A DNA stretch of 64,000 nucleotides, taken from Escherichia phage E26. The translations under genes and the position numbers were made by a program. The notes beneath the pieces were generated by a model. The model made no database searches. It saw only the letters and a program-made list of their open reading frames with translations, and was not told the DNA's origin. Location: the sequence record MN655998.1. One strand, 5' to 3'. This document shows positions 7,824 through 16,133 of this stretch, piece by piece. The first letter of the stretch is position 1. Every line of letters begins with the position of its first letter.

Positions 7824-8636
7824 TCAATCTACGTTAGTTACATAAACTTCTTGCGTATCAGAAGACTTGCCACCTGAACGGTCTAGGCAATAGGTCTTAT
7901 TCAACAGGACGCAGTTTAAATCATTCCGCTTGATAAAGTCAAGAAGATGATCGTTTACCTTTCCCTTATGATGCGTGACATTACTGATACCAAACTGAAA
8001 ACCACGCGCCATAATAGATTCCACCCACCGATAGAATTTAATCTCTTCCTCGTCACTCCAGAACTTATTATATTCCGCAGAAGTGATAAGGTACGGCGGG
8101 TCCAAATAAACGAAATCACCTGGCAAGATCTCGATCTCGTCATAACGACCAGACGTAAAACTGATTCGACCGTCTTTGTTTTCTTCCTTAAAATTCAGGA
8201 CACGCTCTACCGCGTTTTCGTTAAAAGTCCGGCGACCAAAATTAGCATTAAATTCGCCCTTTCGGTTATGGCGGTTAATGTTGCTAAAACTGTGCTGAAT
8301 CAACACAAACAGCGATAGCGGATCTGGATTCTCGTTATACTTCTTACGGAATGCCATGTAAGCGTCTTTATCATCACGAGACAAACCATTTTCGGAAATA
8401 ATCCGATTGATTGTAGAAACCGGATCAGGACACGCATCAATGGCCTTGTAAGCGTCAATTAAACGATGGTCATAGTCATTAGCCAACACATCACCTTCGA
8501 CGTACAGAGACACGCTCAAACCGCCACAAAAGGCATCAACAAAGCGGTTATAGTGCTTAGGGAAATACTTACTAACACCTGGCAATAGCTTTTCCTTATT
8601 GCCAGTATAGGGAATTAAACCTAATGCTTTCTTCAT
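7824..8636 (-). CDS. dam: DNA adenine methyltransferase Dam (GATC-type, DPPY motif)
   Basis: 270 aa; IPYTGNK, FCGGLSV and DFVYLDPPY motifs matching T4 Dam; ATG at 8636. Confidence 0.88.
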   Translation of the reverse strand: MKKALGLIPYTGNKEKLLPGVSKYFPKHYNRFVDAFCGGLSVSLYVEGDVLANDYDHRLIDAYKAIDACPDPVSTINRIISENGLSRDDKDAYMAFRKKYNENPDPLSLFVLIQHSFSNINRHNRKGEFNANFGRRTFNENAVERVLNFKEENKDGRISFTSGRYDEIEILPGDFVYLDPPYLITSAEYNKFWSDEEEIKFYRWVESIMARGFQFGISNVTHHKGKVNDHLLDFIKRNDLNCVLLNKTYCLDRSGGKSSDTQEVYVTNVD

Positions 8637-9067
8637 TATCCCTTCCTCAAATAAGTTCGCTCAATCTCTACCAGTTCGAAAAAATCTTGCCAGTCGCAAG
8701 GAAAATTGCAGTTTCCGAAATGATCCTCTTTGTAAAGTTCTTTACCGGATGGCAGCTTAATATCTGTTACGCTGTAGTATCCGCAACAATCGCAATCACC
8801 CTCTGTATATTCTGTTTTGGTAGGAATATCCATCATTGCCAGATACAAAGGCACATCGTCTTGCTCAAAGTTCATGTAACCTTCATGGTCGAATGAAACA
8901 AAGTTATCATCACCACCGAAAGGGATATAATGGTCATAATCTGTTACAGGTTGACCGTGTAATTCCCATTCTACAATTTTAACATTACCGCTAAACTTGA
9001 TACCCATAATTTCAACAATAAAATGAGTATCGTCAATGTAAATCTTACCAGGAGTTGGATAAACCAT
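8636..9067 (-). CDS. hypothetical protein
   Basis: ORF with ATG at 9067; operon-like packing with neighbours. Confidence 0.5.
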   Translation of the reverse strand: MVYPTPGKIYIDDTHFIVEIMGIKFSGNVKIVEWELHGQPVTDYDHYIPFGGDDNFVSFDHEGYMNFEQDDVPLYLAMMDIPTKTEYTEGDCDCCGYYSVTDIKLPSGKELYKEDHFGNCNFPCDWQDFFELVEIERTYLRKG

Positions 9068-9077
9068 TATATAATCC

Positions 9078-9371
9078 TCATATCTCAGAGAATAGAATCT
9101 CTGTTAGCTTCACTGACTGCTCTCTGAATGTTAGCGTATACTCGAAAGGAAAGTCAACACCCAATTTCAAAAGAGAATAGCCTACCGCCTCTTTATGCTT
9201 ATCGGTTAGGGCGATCCTAACCAATTCCCGTTGAATCTCTTTAGGCGGTGAATGGATAGTAACACGGGTATCATGTAATGTCCAGTCACCATTACGAATC
9301 AGGATTAACGGTTTATCGTCATTAAAGATCACCGACCCCTTTCCGGTCGGTGAGTGTTTTATACTAATCAT
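9078..9371 (-). CDS. hypothetical protein
   Basis: ORF; first ATG at 9371 (track start is TTG). Confidence 0.45.
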   Translation of the reverse strand: MISIKHSPTGKGSVIFNDDKPLILIRNGDWTLHDTRVTIHSPPKEIQRELVRIALTDKHKEAVGYSLLKLGVDFPFEYTLTFREQSVKLTEILFSEI

Positions 9372-9585
9372 CAAATTCTAAGAAATATTCTGGAACGATA
9401 TAACCGTTAAAGTCATTGCACTTATAAAAATGTGGTGCATTTAATGCTGGATGAGCGTTTGTAAAGAGTTTACCCTCTAGAAACAGAATGTAATTAATAG
9501 GTCTTATACCGACAGAATCAGGGTCTAATCCTTTTTCTCTCAGTTCAGCCAGCGTTAAAACTCGTCCAGATCGTAACTTAGCCAT
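9364..9585 (-). CDS. hypothetical protein
   Basis: ORF with ATG at 9585. Confidence 0.45.
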   Translation of the reverse strand: MAKLRSGRVLTLAELREKGLDPDSVGIRPINYILFLEGKLFTNAHPALNAPHFYKCNDFNGYIVPEYFLEFDD

Positions 9586-9871
9586 GATTTACCCCCAATT
9601 CATCAAGATTGTGTCGCAGCATTTCAGAGTATTTTTCTACTTCCTTAATCTTAGTGTGGATCTCCACGATCTCATCTTCACTATCAGAAAGTTTAATGGC
9701 AATAGCGGTACTGCTTTTACCCGCTTTCATAGTCTCTTTCAGTTCAACCAACAGGTCCGCGTGTTTCAGTAGCAGTTCTTCACGTCGAACATAAGCGACG
9801 GTCAAAGCCTCATCAGCGATTTCTAAAGCATTTTCAGCGACACCAACAACCATTTTACGAGTAGACAGCAT
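9578..9871 (-). CDS. hypothetical protein
   Basis: ORF with ATG at 9871. Confidence 0.45.
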   Translation of the reverse strand: MLSTRKMVVGVAENALEIADEALTVAYVRREELLLKHADLLVELKETMKAGKSSTAIAIKLSDSEDEIVEIHTKIKEVEKYSEMLRHNLDELGVNHG

Positions 9872-9885
9872 AAATTCACCTCACA

Positions 9886-10194
9886 TTATTTCACGTTAAC
9901 GCCGCCATCAATCCAGCCGACGCTATTTGGTTTAACAGTTTTACCATAGGATGCATACTTAATCAAGCATGGTTTAACATCATTATCAAATCTTCCTAAG
10001 CGTACTCCCAAATCAGGAATATCCATGTAAGCGGCTTTATATCCCCATGTACAATATTCAGCATCAATCTCAACCGGACGGCCTTTAAAAGCATACACTA
10101 CACCGTAACGGTCAACGATAACATAGCGATAGCCAGCCGGAAGATACACAGTTTCGCCGTAAACTTTAACTGGAGTAGCAGAAGAGATAAACAT
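9886..10194 (-). CDS. hypothetical protein
   Basis: ORF with ATG at 10194, first gene behind promoter at 10229-10257. Confidence 0.5.
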   Translation of the reverse strand: MFISSATPVKVYGETVYLPAGYRYVIVDRYGVVYAFKGRPVEIDAEYCTWGYKAAYMDIPDLGVRLGRFDNDVKPCLIKYASYGKTVKPNSVGWIDGGVNVK

Positions 10195-10228
10195 AATATA
10201 TTCCTCACATCGTTCATTTGATGCGGCT

Positions 10229-10257
10229 ATTATAGGATAACCGCATTTTCATGTCAA
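10229..10257 (-). promoter_or_regulatory. sigma70-type early promoter (TTGACA-N17-TATAAT)
   Basis: Minus-strand -35 at 10252-10257, -10 at 10229-10234. Confidence 0.6.
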
Positions 10258-10263
10258 CAGTTT

Positions 10264-10572
10264 TTAAAAATCTTCTTCCGGTTTATATCGACCGTCGTCT
10301 TCTTGTTTTGGGCTGAATCCGGTATGTTTGCGCGGCTTCGCTTCCGGTTTACCCGCAATCATCAAACCAAAACATTTCAGCCCCTTATAACACATAACAA
10401 TATAAACTACTGTCCACGTTATAGGCCAGATGATTGCGGCAATACAAAATGCTCCTGTATCGACCTCTTTCGTGTCCTTATCGAATCTGGCATACAAGCA
10501 GAATATAAGATACGAGATCATTGCACCCGTAGGCCAGATATAAAGCACATTAACAATATCTTGTGTTGTCAC
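10264..10572 (-). CDS. hypothetical membrane protein
   Basis: Hydrophobic segments; probable GTG start at 10572 five nt after in-frame AAGGAGG, just past upstream stop; start uncertain. Confidence 0.4.
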   Translation of the reverse strand: MTTQDIVNVLYIWPTGAMISYLIFCLYARFDKDTKEVDTGAFCIAAIIWPITWTVVYIVMCYKGLKCFGLMIAGKPEAKPRKHTGFSPKQEDDGRYKPEEDF

Positions 10573-10582
10573 ATTGTCCTCC

Positions 10583-10861
10583 TTACATGTCTTGCAGTGC
10601 GTAGAAGCATTTTTCTTCATAGTCATAGAAAATGTCAAAGTATGCTTTTTCTACATACTCGCCATTGATCCAAGCGGCAGTAACAATCAGGGTAGTCCAG
10701 TTAGATCCGCTCTCAACGGTAAAGGTTTTAATACCCAGCTTCACAGCAAGGTCACGCGCAAACTGGTCGCAACCACGGCAGGAAGTGATATTGGAAGTTT
10801 TGATTTTGATGCCACCGCGAGTTTTAGAAATTTCTACTTTAGCGAAAGACAGGTTGCTCAT
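10583..10861 (-). CDS. hypothetical protein
   Basis: ATG at 10861 preceded by AAGGAGAATCAAA leader. Confidence 0.5.
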   Translation of the reverse strand: MSNLSFAKVEISKTRGGIKIKTSNITSCRGCDQFARDLAVKLGIKTFTVESGSNWTTLIVTAAWINGEYVEKAYFDIFYDYEEKCFYALQDM

Positions 10862-10904
10862 TTTGATTCTCCTTAAGAAAAGTGTGTTTCGTTTTGATGT
10901 GTGT

Positions 10905-10933
10905 AGTATAGGGGATACGCGATCCCCTGTCAA
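10905..10933 (-). promoter_or_regulatory. sigma70-type early promoter (TTGACA-N17-TATACT), palindromic spacer
   Basis: Spacer GGGGATCGCGTATCCCC inverted repeat containing GATC. Confidence 0.6.
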
Positions 10934-10948
10934 CAACTTTTTATGATT

Positions 10949-11224
10949 TTAGTGAATTAACTCTACACCAAAATGAGGCACAGAGAACGCCTTACGAAAC
11001 ACATATTCATCATGTTTAGGGATCGCCCCTAACCTCTCTATTTCGCTCGCCATAACGATAAACTGTTTATCTGGTGCATATGCCTTGTGTGCTTCAACAA
11101 CGCACGGAAAACGCGTTTTAGAGAGTTCTGGATAGTTTTCTGAATCCAGAAGGACGATGAATACCCTATTACATTGATTGTAGAATCCTGTTTTTGATTT
11201 CATCAAGTTTTTTTCTATGTACAT
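10949..11224 (-). CDS. hypothetical protein
   Basis: ORF; start uncertain, ATG at 11224 has AAGGAAG upstream. Confidence 0.4.
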   Translation of the reverse strand: MYIEKNLMKSKTGFYNQCNRVFIVLLDSENYPELSKTRFPCVVEAHKAYAPDKQFIVMASEIERLGAIPKHDEYVFRKAFSVPHFGVELIH

Positions 11225-11507
11225 TTCGTGCAATCTTCCTTTCATGATTTCGTTGGTTCTTGTCTTCACACTTTACCCACTCAACAAGATCTTTACCTAA
11301 CTCGAAAGCCCATTCTCGGTCTTGCTTTACGTTTTGTAGGTATGGGCTTTCCGACACTCGACGAAGTGATCTTGTCGTAACAAGAATGATCCCAGGAATG
11401 GTCGGATGTTCTTTTCCATATACAATAGGACGCGAGTCACTATCAATACCTTGTAAGAAGGTGTATCCTGAATCACTTAGAATCATATACTTTTTCATTT
11501 CACACAT
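11169..11507 (-). CDS. hypothetical protein
   Basis: ORF; ATG at 11507 overlaps upstream stop (TGATG coupling). Confidence 0.45.
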   Translation of the reverse strand: MCEMKKYMILSDSGYTFLQGIDSDSRPIVYGKEHPTIPGIILVTTRSLRRVSESPYLQNVKQDREWAFELGKDLVEWVKCEDKNQRNHERKIARNVHRKKLDEIKNRILQSM

Positions 11508-11764
11508 CACAGATTCCTCAACCAGTTATTAAAGCGAGCAAACCATGATGCTTTTCGTGCTTCTTTTACTTTATGTGCACGAAAACCACTGAAACACCAT
11601 TCATAATCATCACCGAAACATGATTCAACAGGAACACCCGCATTTCGTAGTTCTCTGGTCTTTATCATGAATCCTTGACATAAGGGTCGACCTTCAACAA
11701 TGATAGGAAGTTTAACTTTTTCCATGAAAGTATACCCAGCACGGTCAATAATTTCAATCTTCAT
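11507..11764 (-). CDS. hypothetical protein, paralog family B
   Basis: MKIEIID...PIIVEGR...AGVP motif shared with 11783..11980 and 14329..14550. Confidence 0.5.
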   Translation of the reverse strand: MKIEIIDRAGYTFMEKVKLPIIVEGRPLCQGFMIKTRELRNAGVPVESCFGDDYEWCFSGFRAHKVKEARKASWFARFNNWLRNL

Positions 11765-11782
11765 AATATAATCCTCAATTAG

Positions 11783-11980
11783 TTATACCGCCCAGGCTTC
11801 ATTTGCACGAAAACACCATTCATACTCAGGAAAATAACCTTTAATTGGCACGCCAGCTTTTTGTAGTTCCTGCGTTTCTACAAGATAATCAAGCCCATAA
11901 CGACGACCTTCCACGATGATAGGAAGTTTAACGCCATTCATGAAAGAAAATCCACCATCATCAATAATTTCAATTTTCAT
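11783..11980 (-). CDS. hypothetical protein, paralog family B
   Basis: N-terminal MKIEIIDxxG(F/Y)xFM motif shared with adjacent ORF. Confidence 0.5.
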   Translation of the reverse strand: MKIEIIDDGGFSFMNGVKLPIIVEGRRYGLDYLVETQELQKAGVPIKGYFPEYEWCFRANEAWAV

Positions 11981-12224
11981 TTACATTGTCTCCATAGATC
12001 TTTCCAGCAATATCAATTTCACCAGCGCGAACATCTAGGATAAGATGCGGTAGGTGTATGCAGTTTTCCCACCCTACGCGCTTCATTTCTTCTACGGTAA
12101 CGTAAGCCCACCCGTTCGCTGTAATAAAGTCTACTTCAACCTTGAGAGGAAAGCAAGACTTTTCTATGTCTTCGAATCCGACAATATGTTTTGTTGTTGA
12201 ATATGGAATATATCCGGTGATCAT
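11970..12224 (-). CDS. hypothetical protein
   Basis: ORF with ATG at 12224. Confidence 0.45.
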   Translation of the reverse strand: MITGYIPYSTTKHIVGFEDIEKSCFPLKVEVDFITANGWAYVTVEEMKRVGWENCIHLPHLILDVRAGEIDIAGKIYGDNVNEN

Positions 12225-12655
12225 TTTGTGATCTCCTTATACTCAACACACCATAAGCGGGTAGCCCATGATAAACGCTCATAACGCTGGCAGAAATCGG
12301 ACCATAGATATTGTGTACCGTCTTGCATAGTTGAAATATGCGTTTTCTCTCCTACTTTCACGAAAGAAGTATTCGATTTTGTGATCTCGACAGGAGTATA
12401 TCCGAAAGCTGGTTCCAAGTCAACATCTGAACTAAATGCCAATTTAACAGAATTTGTTTTTCTGACCGCTGTCCGGTTTCCTTCTGGGTATAGCACAGCA
12501 GGTTTAGCGCCTAAGCGGATAAACTCAGTATTTTTAATGAACAGAATATCATGATAACCGTCATATTCCGACACTTCCATAGTAACAGGAAAATCGATAT
12601 GTGCTAAACCTGGTAGATCTCGCATGTCATGAAATGTAGCCATCAACTTTTTCAT
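12221..12655 (-). CDS. hypothetical protein, paralog family C
   Basis: C-terminal VEITKSNTSFVKVGEKTHI...LSWA segment duplicated in 12666..12911. Confidence 0.5.
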   Translation of the reverse strand: MKKLMATFHDMRDLPGLAHIDFPVTMEVSEYDGYHDILFIKNTEFIRLGAKPAVLYPEGNRTAVRKTNSVKLAFSSDVDLEPAFGYTPVEITKSNTSFVKVGEKTHISTMQDGTQYLWSDFCQRYERLSWATRLWCVEYKEITK

Positions 12656-12665
12656 TTTGTATTCC

Positions 12666-12911
12666 TCACTCTTCTGTAATTACTTCATATTCAATTTTCC
12701 ATACATCAATCGCCCAGCTTAAAAGCTCATACGATTTACAGAAAGATGACCAAATATACTGTTTTCCGTGCATCGTTGTTATGTGTGTACGCTCGCCAAC
12801 CTCAACGAAAGACATATTTGACTTTGTGATAACTATAGGAATGCGACCGAAAGCTGGCGGTATTACTGATTCGTTGGTCTTCATTCTATGTTCCTCACTC
12901 TTCTGTTTCAT
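12666..12911 (-). CDS. hypothetical protein, paralog family C
   Basis: Shares ITKSNMSFVEVGERTHI and LLSWA motifs with 12221..12655. Confidence 0.5.
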   Translation of the reverse strand: MKQKSEEHRMKTNESVIPPAFGRIPIVITKSNMSFVEVGERTHITTMHGKQYIWSSFCKSYELLSWAIDVWKIEYEVITEE

Positions 12912-13131
12912 TTCTTTTATATGGTACTATAACAGGATTAATACAGTAAGCACCAATTACGTTATGAGCACCACAATTTAAGCATTTATAATCATGGAAC
13001 TTATTAAGGAATCGCCCGAACTCATAACCGACTAGCGCCGCATGTACTTGAGTCTCGATCTCATCCATATCAGCCAATGTTTTAACCCTCATATTATAAT
13101 CCTCAAATGGTAGTTTTGCGAAGATGGTCAT
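12895..13131 (-). CDS. hypothetical protein
   Basis: ORF with ATG at 13131. Confidence 0.45.
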   Translation of the reverse strand: MTIFAKLPFEDYNMRVKTLADMDEIETQVHAALVGYEFGRFLNKFHDYKCLNCGAHNVIGAYCINPVIVPYKRNETEE

Positions 13132-13393
13132 TACATGCTTTTAATGCATCAGTCGCGGTGTCATAGCGAGTATTATCATAGCACCAGTAACCATCTGTCA
13201 ACTGATAAATTAATCCATCCTTTTTAGCTTCGATGAAAGATAACTCTTTGAAAGTTTCTACTTTCTTTACGGATACTCCACGGTCACGGCGCTCATAGAG
13301 TTTAGCTAAAATGCGTTCAGCTTGTTCCTCTTTATCACCAGACAGATCCCAAATAATGTTGCGGATATGTTTGATTAATTGTTCAGCGGTCAT
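13103..13393 (-). CDS. hypothetical protein
   Basis: ATG at 13393 preceded by AAGGAGAATCAAAG leader. Confidence 0.5.
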   Translation of the reverse strand: MTAEQLIKHIRNIIWDLSGDKEEQAERILAKLYERRDRGVSVKKVETFKELSFIEAKKDGLIYQLTDGYWCYDNTRYDTATDALKACNDHLRKTTI

Positions 13394-13422
13394 CTTTGAT
13401 TCTCCTTAGTTGGTATGTGTGC

Positions 13423-13450
13423 ATTATAGCACTATGATTTTCATTGTCAA
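13423..13450 (-). promoter_or_regulatory. sigma70-type early promoter (TTGACA-N16-TATAAT)
   Basis: -35 at 13445-13450, -10 at 13423-13428; preceded by terminator hairpin. Confidence 0.65.
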
Positions 13451-13455
13451 CACCC

Positions 13456-13487
13456 AAAAAACAAAAAGGCTATCCCGAAGGATAGCC
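13456..13487 (-). terminator. rho-independent terminator
   Basis: Hairpin GGCTATCC-CGAA-GGATAGCC followed by U-run on minus strand. Confidence 0.7.
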
Positions 13488-13494
13488 CATAAAA

Positions 13495-14274
13495 TTACAC
13501 GCGAGCACCGTAGATCGTGCCTACTTTATCCCAGCGAGGGGCATTGCCAGTAACAGCCTTACCAGCCGCACCGCCATTATATTCCGATCCCTGTCCACGG
13601 ATATTACATTTACCACCAGCACCGCCAGCATCACCACCGTTACCGCCATTATATACACCGTTGACAGACCCTTTACCTGGCGCGGAAATAGTACCAGCAG
13701 TAGCACCCCGTTCCATATTAGCAGACCCACCGGCAGCACCAAACGGACGCCCACCACCACCGCCAAAGGTTAATCTCATTTGTGAAAAAGGAGAATAATA
13801 CCCACCGCCGCCACCACCACCGCCACCACAAATAGCGCCGTTATTTGTGATGCGTAAGCGTGTGCCTATACCGTTGTTAATTGCATTACCACCAGCACCA
13901 CCAGCGGAGTTATTGCCACCATTACCACCACGCCCCCAAACATGAACACCGGGGTTAATGATCAATGTTACATATTCGTTTGTTAACGAGCTAGGGAAGT
14001 CAAGACAAGGAACGCCAGTAGATTGGGAAACAATATTACCCGTGATAGTAATTACTACAGGAGTAGACCCTTGTGCTTTCATCCAGTTAATAAGAGTGTC
14101 TTTATTGTAAGAGTTACTAGCACCAATGCTATAATGAATCTCTTTAGAGCGTCCGACCATTGCCGACATATACGCCGGACGACCTAAGCGTACAGCTTGC
14201 ATTGCGGCGCTCATCCACCGTTGACCAGTCTCGGACACCGCAGATGATCCTACCCATCCAGAAGATATTGCCAT
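13495..14274 (-). CDS. glycine-rich repeat protein of unknown function
   Basis: 259 aa; C-terminal two-thirds dominated by GGxGG/GGNGG repeats, making the DNA locally GC-rich; ATG at 14274 with GAGGAAA RBS. Confidence 0.6.
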   Translation of the reverse strand: MAISSGWVGSSAVSETGQRWMSAAMQAVRLGRPAYMSAMVGRSKEIHYSIGASNSYNKDTLINWMKAQGSTPVVITITGNIVSQSTGVPCLDFPSSLTNEYVTLIINPGVHVWGRGGNGGNNSAGGAGGNAINNGIGTRLRITNNGAICGGGGGGGGGYYSPFSQMRLTFGGGGGRPFGAAGGSANMERGATAGTISAPGKGSVNGVYNGGNGGDAGGAGGKCNIRGQGSEYNGGAAGKAVTGNAPRWDKVGTIYGARV

Positions 14275-14290
14275 AAAATTTCCTCACAAG

Positions 14291-14310
14291 AAAAGCCCCA
14301 ATTAAGGGGC
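14291..14310 (-). other. intergenic stem-loop upstream of glycine-rich gene
   Basis: Hairpin GCCCC-AATTAA-GGGGC followed by short U-run then RBS. Confidence 0.45.
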
Positions 14311-14328
14311 ATTGATTGATAATATTAC

Positions 14329-14550
14329 TTAGATGACCTCGGCTTCACCATCCAGGAAGAAAGACCATGTTTTGTTAGGATAGCGAAGCGCCCAAGATTC
14401 GGCAGTCTTAACACCAGCTTCGAACAATTGACGGCTGGTTACTTTAGCCATACCATCTTCGATGGCAACGTTTTCAATAATCATCGGGTACTTAGCGCCA
14501 CGCATGAAACCGAAACCAGCGGAAGATTTGATAATTTTAACAGTTGCCAT
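14329..14550 (-). CDS. hypothetical protein, paralog family B
   Basis: KIIKSSAGFGFM...PMIIE...AGV resembles 11507..11980 pair. Confidence 0.5.
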   Translation of the reverse strand: MATVKIIKSSAGFGFMRGAKYPMIIENVAIEDGMAKVTSRQLFEAGVKTAESWALRYPNKTWSFFLDGEAEVI

Positions 14551-14593
14551 TTTTTTGATTCTCCTAGAAAGTGTATCTCGTTTCGATGGATGT

Positions 14594-14622
14594 ATTATGC
14601 ATTAACACCGGATCGCTGTCAA
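14594..14622 (-). promoter_or_regulatory. sigma70-type early promoter (TTGACA-N17-CATAAT)
   Basis: -35 at 14617-14622, -10 at 14594-14599; conserved ATCGAAACGA leader downstream. Confidence 0.6.
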
Positions 14623-14640
14623 CACTTTCTAAGAAAAATT

Positions 14641-14925
14641 TTAAATTAATCGAATATATCCCAGAATTTCAGCACCTTTAGCCAGTCCTAAAACCTCCCA
14701 TTCAAGGTCGCCGTAGTCATAATTTGCAACCATCAGTTCACCATTTTTCATGCAGCAATCATGAGAGAAAATTTGCCCCGCATAAACTACGATAGTAATA
14801 AACTTTCCTGATTCTGGCGGTGTGGAAGACAAAGCGACCATATGACCATTCAGCTTAGTCACCAGTGATGGAACAATAAAATTCGGGCTTACCTGAATGC
14901 AGTTAAATTCGTTTGTGTCTTTCAT
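14641..14925 (-). CDS. hypothetical protein
   Basis: ORF with ATG at 14925. Confidence 0.45.
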   Translation of the reverse strand: MKDTNEFNCIQVSPNFIVPSLVTKLNGHMVALSSTPPESGKFITIVVYAGQIFSHDCCMKNGELMVANYDYGDLEWEVLGLAKGAEILGYIRLI

Positions 14926-15272
14926 GCCATACCTCGCAAAACACTAATAGCATAATCATGCTGGTTATTCATAATATCAATTGCATTGTGATAACGAGCT
15001 AAACCATCAAGGATAAATTCTTGTTTATCCTGTTTCAGTTTGGTATCACGCGCAGCCATAAGAGCATCAAGAACAGGTCCAAAGTGATTATCTAATTCAT
15101 CTTCGGTTGCAATGTTTCCTATTGCCTCGTCGATCCGTGATTCTAATGCTTGCTTTTCGTTGATCACTTGCTGGGTATATTCCAACACATCAAGAATATC
15201 GCGGGTAACGTCGCCATGATAAGGTATTCCCGCATGAAGATGATCAATTAATCGTTGAATGTCAATGTTCAT
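14922..15272 (-). CDS. hypothetical protein
   Basis: ORF with ATG at 15272, overlapping neighbours by 4 nt. Confidence 0.45.
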   Translation of the reverse strand: MNIDIQRLIDHLHAGIPYHGDVTRDILDVLEYTQQVINEKQALESRIDEAIGNIATEDELDNHFGPVLDALMAARDTKLKQDKQEFILDGLARYHNAIDIMNNQHDYAISVLRGMA

Positions 15273-15607
15273 TTGTAACCCTCCTCTGAAAGCACATCCC
15301 AGATAATCGGATCAAGGTGCATTAAATTCCACATAATAGAGTCATAACTACCGAAGCCAGAAGTAAAAATTACATCACACTGGCGATATGTCTTATGAAA
15401 ATCGGTGGCTGTCTCTGCATCAATCGGCATATCGTCACCGGAAAGCACCAGACATTTAAGAATCATAACCCTGTTAGCCGTTGGCGCTTGCTTAGTCTTT
15501 TCAGCATATTTTTCGATGATCCGTTTTGCCTTTTCTTCTTTGATACGTCCAGACCAAATCCGGTTTCGGTATTGATTCATAATAATTTCAATCACATCAT
15601 TTTGCAT
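15269..15607 (-). CDS. hypothetical protein
   Basis: ORF with ATG at 15607. Confidence 0.45.
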   Translation of the reverse strand: MQNDVIEIIMNQYRNRIWSGRIKEEKAKRIIEKYAEKTKQAPTANRVMILKCLVLSGDDMPIDAETATDFHKTYRQCDVIFTSGFGSYDSIMWNLMHLDPIIWDVLSEEGYK

Positions 15608-15806
15608 TCTTCACGGTCTCCATAATTGTTTTGTAAGCCAGTTTAAGATGATCACCGAAAAACTTTGCAGTGTTACCATTCGGATCGCGGAGCATGGTTT
15701 CTACGATCTCATCGGCAGTAACAATTTCTCCTTTCTTTGCTGCATGTTCTACCATATACTTCAAAGTTTCTTCGGAAGCAAGTGCTGCGGCTACTGGATT
15801 AATCAT
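15597..15806 (-). CDS. hypothetical protein
   Basis: ATG at 15806 preceded by AAGGAGAATCAAA leader. Confidence 0.5.
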   Translation of the reverse strand: MINPVAAALASEETLKYMVEHAAKKGEIVTADEIVETMLRDPNGNTAKFFGDHLKLAYKTIMETVKNAK

Positions 15807-15835
15807 TTTGATTCTCCTTTGTTGTCGATGTGTGC

Positions 15836-15864
15836 ATTATGCTATACCCTATTCCGGTTGTCAA
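15836..15864 (-). promoter_or_regulatory. sigma70-type early promoter (TTGACA-N17-CATAAT)
   Basis: -35 at 15859-15864, -10 at 15836-15841; preceded by terminator hairpin. Confidence 0.65.
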
Positions 15865-15869
15865 CACCT

Positions 15870-15900
15870 AAAAACAAAAAAGCCACCCTTTCGGATGGCT
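15870..15900 (-). terminator. rho-independent terminator
   Basis: Hairpin AGCCACCC-TTTC-GGATGGCT followed by U-run on minus strand. Confidence 0.65.
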
Positions 15901-16133
15901 TTTGATTATATTTTATTCACGTCCATTTGTATAGTAGTGTTTGAATCGACCTTTGCTAAACTAGTTAAACATAGTAACCAATTCACCATCCCTTTCCAAT
16001 GATAACCCTTCCTCGTCTTAGACGGGTCTTCCGATTCGGCAGTAATTGAACACGCGAAAGTATGAGGAAACCAAATAGTTGTGTTAATGCTAGTATTCTT
16101 TTACTTATGGTATGCATCCCACGGTGACTAACA

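Noticed and set aside
13517-13798. Proline-rich 93-aa ORF on the plus strand (and 13521..13766 on the minus strand)
   Set aside because: Antisense or alternative-frame artefacts of the GGN-rich glycine-repeat gene.
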